Positions 60,861-64,000 of a stretch of DNA of 64,000 nt are shown here, piece after piece. Under the pieces are notes generated by a model. The model searched no databases. It had not been told where the DNA came from and saw nothing but the letters and a program-made list of their open reading frames with translations. The position numbers and the translations under genes were made by a program. Numbering within the stretch: position 1 is the stretch's first letter; every line of letters starts with the position of its first letter. The stretch lies in NCBI RefSeq assembly GCF_009914755.1, contig NC_060937.1. One strand, written 5' to 3'. This stretch comes from the human T2T-CHM13v2.0 reference genome, Homo sapiens.

Positions 60861-62989
60861 TGGAAACGAATGAAATCAATTCAATGGTTAGAGTGAATAG
60901 AAATAGTACGTGGAAATATTTTGGCTTTGTTAAATGGGAGGATACAGTTAAGCCAAGTTTTTAGAAGTGTTTAGGTGTACTCAACATAGGAGAAAAGTGG
61001 AAATTATGCCATTTTCAAGAACATGGAGAAGTTGGAACCTGTGGAATATTCTGGCTTTGCAGCAGGTGATGAGACGAGAATAAAATAGAGACGAATGAAT
61101 GTGTCCTAATATGGTAAGGGATATACGCTATATCATAGAGTAAGAAATACTAATACATTTTAAGAAAGTGATTTTTTTCACATTAAGATTTTAATTTTAA
61201 AATGTTAGTAAGATCATTAATTCTGCAATGTGCTATGTGAAATTTTACCTGCTGATACAAGAAGAGAGGAAGGGGACAAGAATCTTCTGCCCATTTTTCA
61301 CCCTTGCCTTGGCAGTAATGTAGCAGGACATTGATGTTTCTCCACATTCCAATTGAAATAAGCACTATGACAAACACTATCATGCAGAAAAAAAAATGGG
61401 AAGGCTAATCTTATTATCACTAACCATTGTTGGAGAGATTGGTGTACGTGGCCACCAATGCGAAAATCAATCCGAATTGTATTCATTACCCATCTTGAAG
61501 CCTGCCTGGTCCATTGTTCATCCTTTACTATTTTAACTAATTATTTTCTTCGAGTTGTGAATTACTGTGCAGTTAACATCTCAGTAACTGTATTTATCAC
61601 TTTGCTATGTGACACCTTCCATAGAAATAAAAGGCAGATTTAAGAGAGCACATCAACCACAAAGAACGTTAAATCATTTTAGCTGAGCGCTTTAAAGGAA
61701 AAAAATAATTCCACATTTTCTGAAATACCTTGTTTTTAGACATATTTTCACTTGTTCAGAAAAATAACATACTCCTGAAATTTTGGGTATTAACATGTAG
61801 GACTAGAGAATCCTAAATACCAAATAATTTGCTGTGAATCCTGACAATATGGCACCGTTTTGTCAATAAGATATAAAATGAAACGAAGAAAGGTATAAAC
61901 ACATGGTTGAGTGGACCTATTTATCCTACTATTACAATAATTCAGACTAAACCCGTTAGCAGGCATCCCTTGGTAGCAACAGATTTAAGGCCACTCATTT
62001 TATAATCAGCCCTTATAAAAATGCAAAACTCACTCAGCAGGAACAGGAGTCTGGAACAAGAATATCATCAGCAGGAAACACAGCTCTGAGAAGAGTATTT
62101 GATTCAACACAGGATTTGAAGTTGAAAACATACTTACCCACTTAAGAAAGAGCTGATGCATAACAAGAATATTTTCCCTGTGATCTCTTATTTTTCACTC
62201 CTCTTTTCTCTGCCCTGGCTCTCTTTACACTTCTTTGATGATTTCCCCCTGGTTCTCACCCCTGTGTCTTATCTCTTATCCTCTCAAAAAGACTGAAATT
62301 GGCAGGCTTACTGGGGAAGACATAATCTACCTTAGGTTGCCGTTTAAAAGCTGCAAAATTCCAGGGTTTAAATTGTATACAGAAAAGCAATCACACACAT
62401 CAACTGGAAACCACCCCTCCCTGTAGTGAATAAACCAATGTAAACAGCAGGCTCCACTTACTTGATCGGCAAGGGCTGTGAAGGCAGAGGCGATGCTGAA
62501 ATAGCCTGTTTTGTGTCCCTTGAAATGGTGCTTGCTCCTATATAGAAAAATATTTTATGTATATATTCTTTGGTGTAGAAGGTTAGAGAATTGTTAAGCG
62601 CTTTCTCACCCTCAAAACAGTACTAATTGTTAAAGGATAGAGGAGCAAACTAAATGTCTGAAAGTTGCAGTGCTTTTTTTCACATCATGAGAGCTACTCA
62701 ACCTAATTGGAAATATTGGACCTCATTGTAAATAGACCACATTGGGATAATCATTAACTTGATTTCAAAGTAATTCAGTAAATTATATAGTCCTTATTTA
62801 TTATACAACTACATGAGTAGACTATATAATACAAACAAGTTTCTTTTCATGTCCTATTGTGTAACCAACAAAGAGCTACAGAGATTTTTTCCCAGATTTA
62901 GAGGATCTGTTTGACATTATCTGCCTTAAAATACAGTATTTGAAATACAGATCCATGAGAATAGTGAAAATTATTAGTGTTCGCTTTAA

Positions 62990-63950
<961 letters not shown>

Positions 63951-64000
63951 AATTTTAAAACACTGTATTTTCTTTATTATTCAATTCAAAATATTATCTC

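Overview
This is human/primate, AT-rich, gene-poor genomic DNA. I found no intact protein-coding gene and no prokaryotic-type system. The main feature is an intronless processed pseudogene of transcription factor SP3 on the minus strand (about 27841-31615). It has a target-site duplication, a poly(A) signal, a 1.4-kb 3'UTR, several stops and frameshifts, and a CpG-island-like 5' end. Its 5' end is not SP3 exons 1-2 but intron-like sequence with a branch point and AG acceptor, so it probably records the alternative transcript that starts upstream of exon 3 and is reported to initiate at AUA. The rest is a dense layer of transposon fossils: about 14 Alus, old L1M fragments, four ERV1 solo LTRs, MaLR LTRs and DNA transposons, with several nested insertions. 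The most unusual signals are DNA-repair or template-switch scars: a 90-bp LTR segment copied into the centre of a palindrome, an old L1 fragment inside a younger LTR, and an orphan A46 tract between direct repeats. A MADE1 hairpin with arm-symmetric mutations is also notable. Subfamily names and comparisons with SP3 come from memory of consensus sequences, not from a search.
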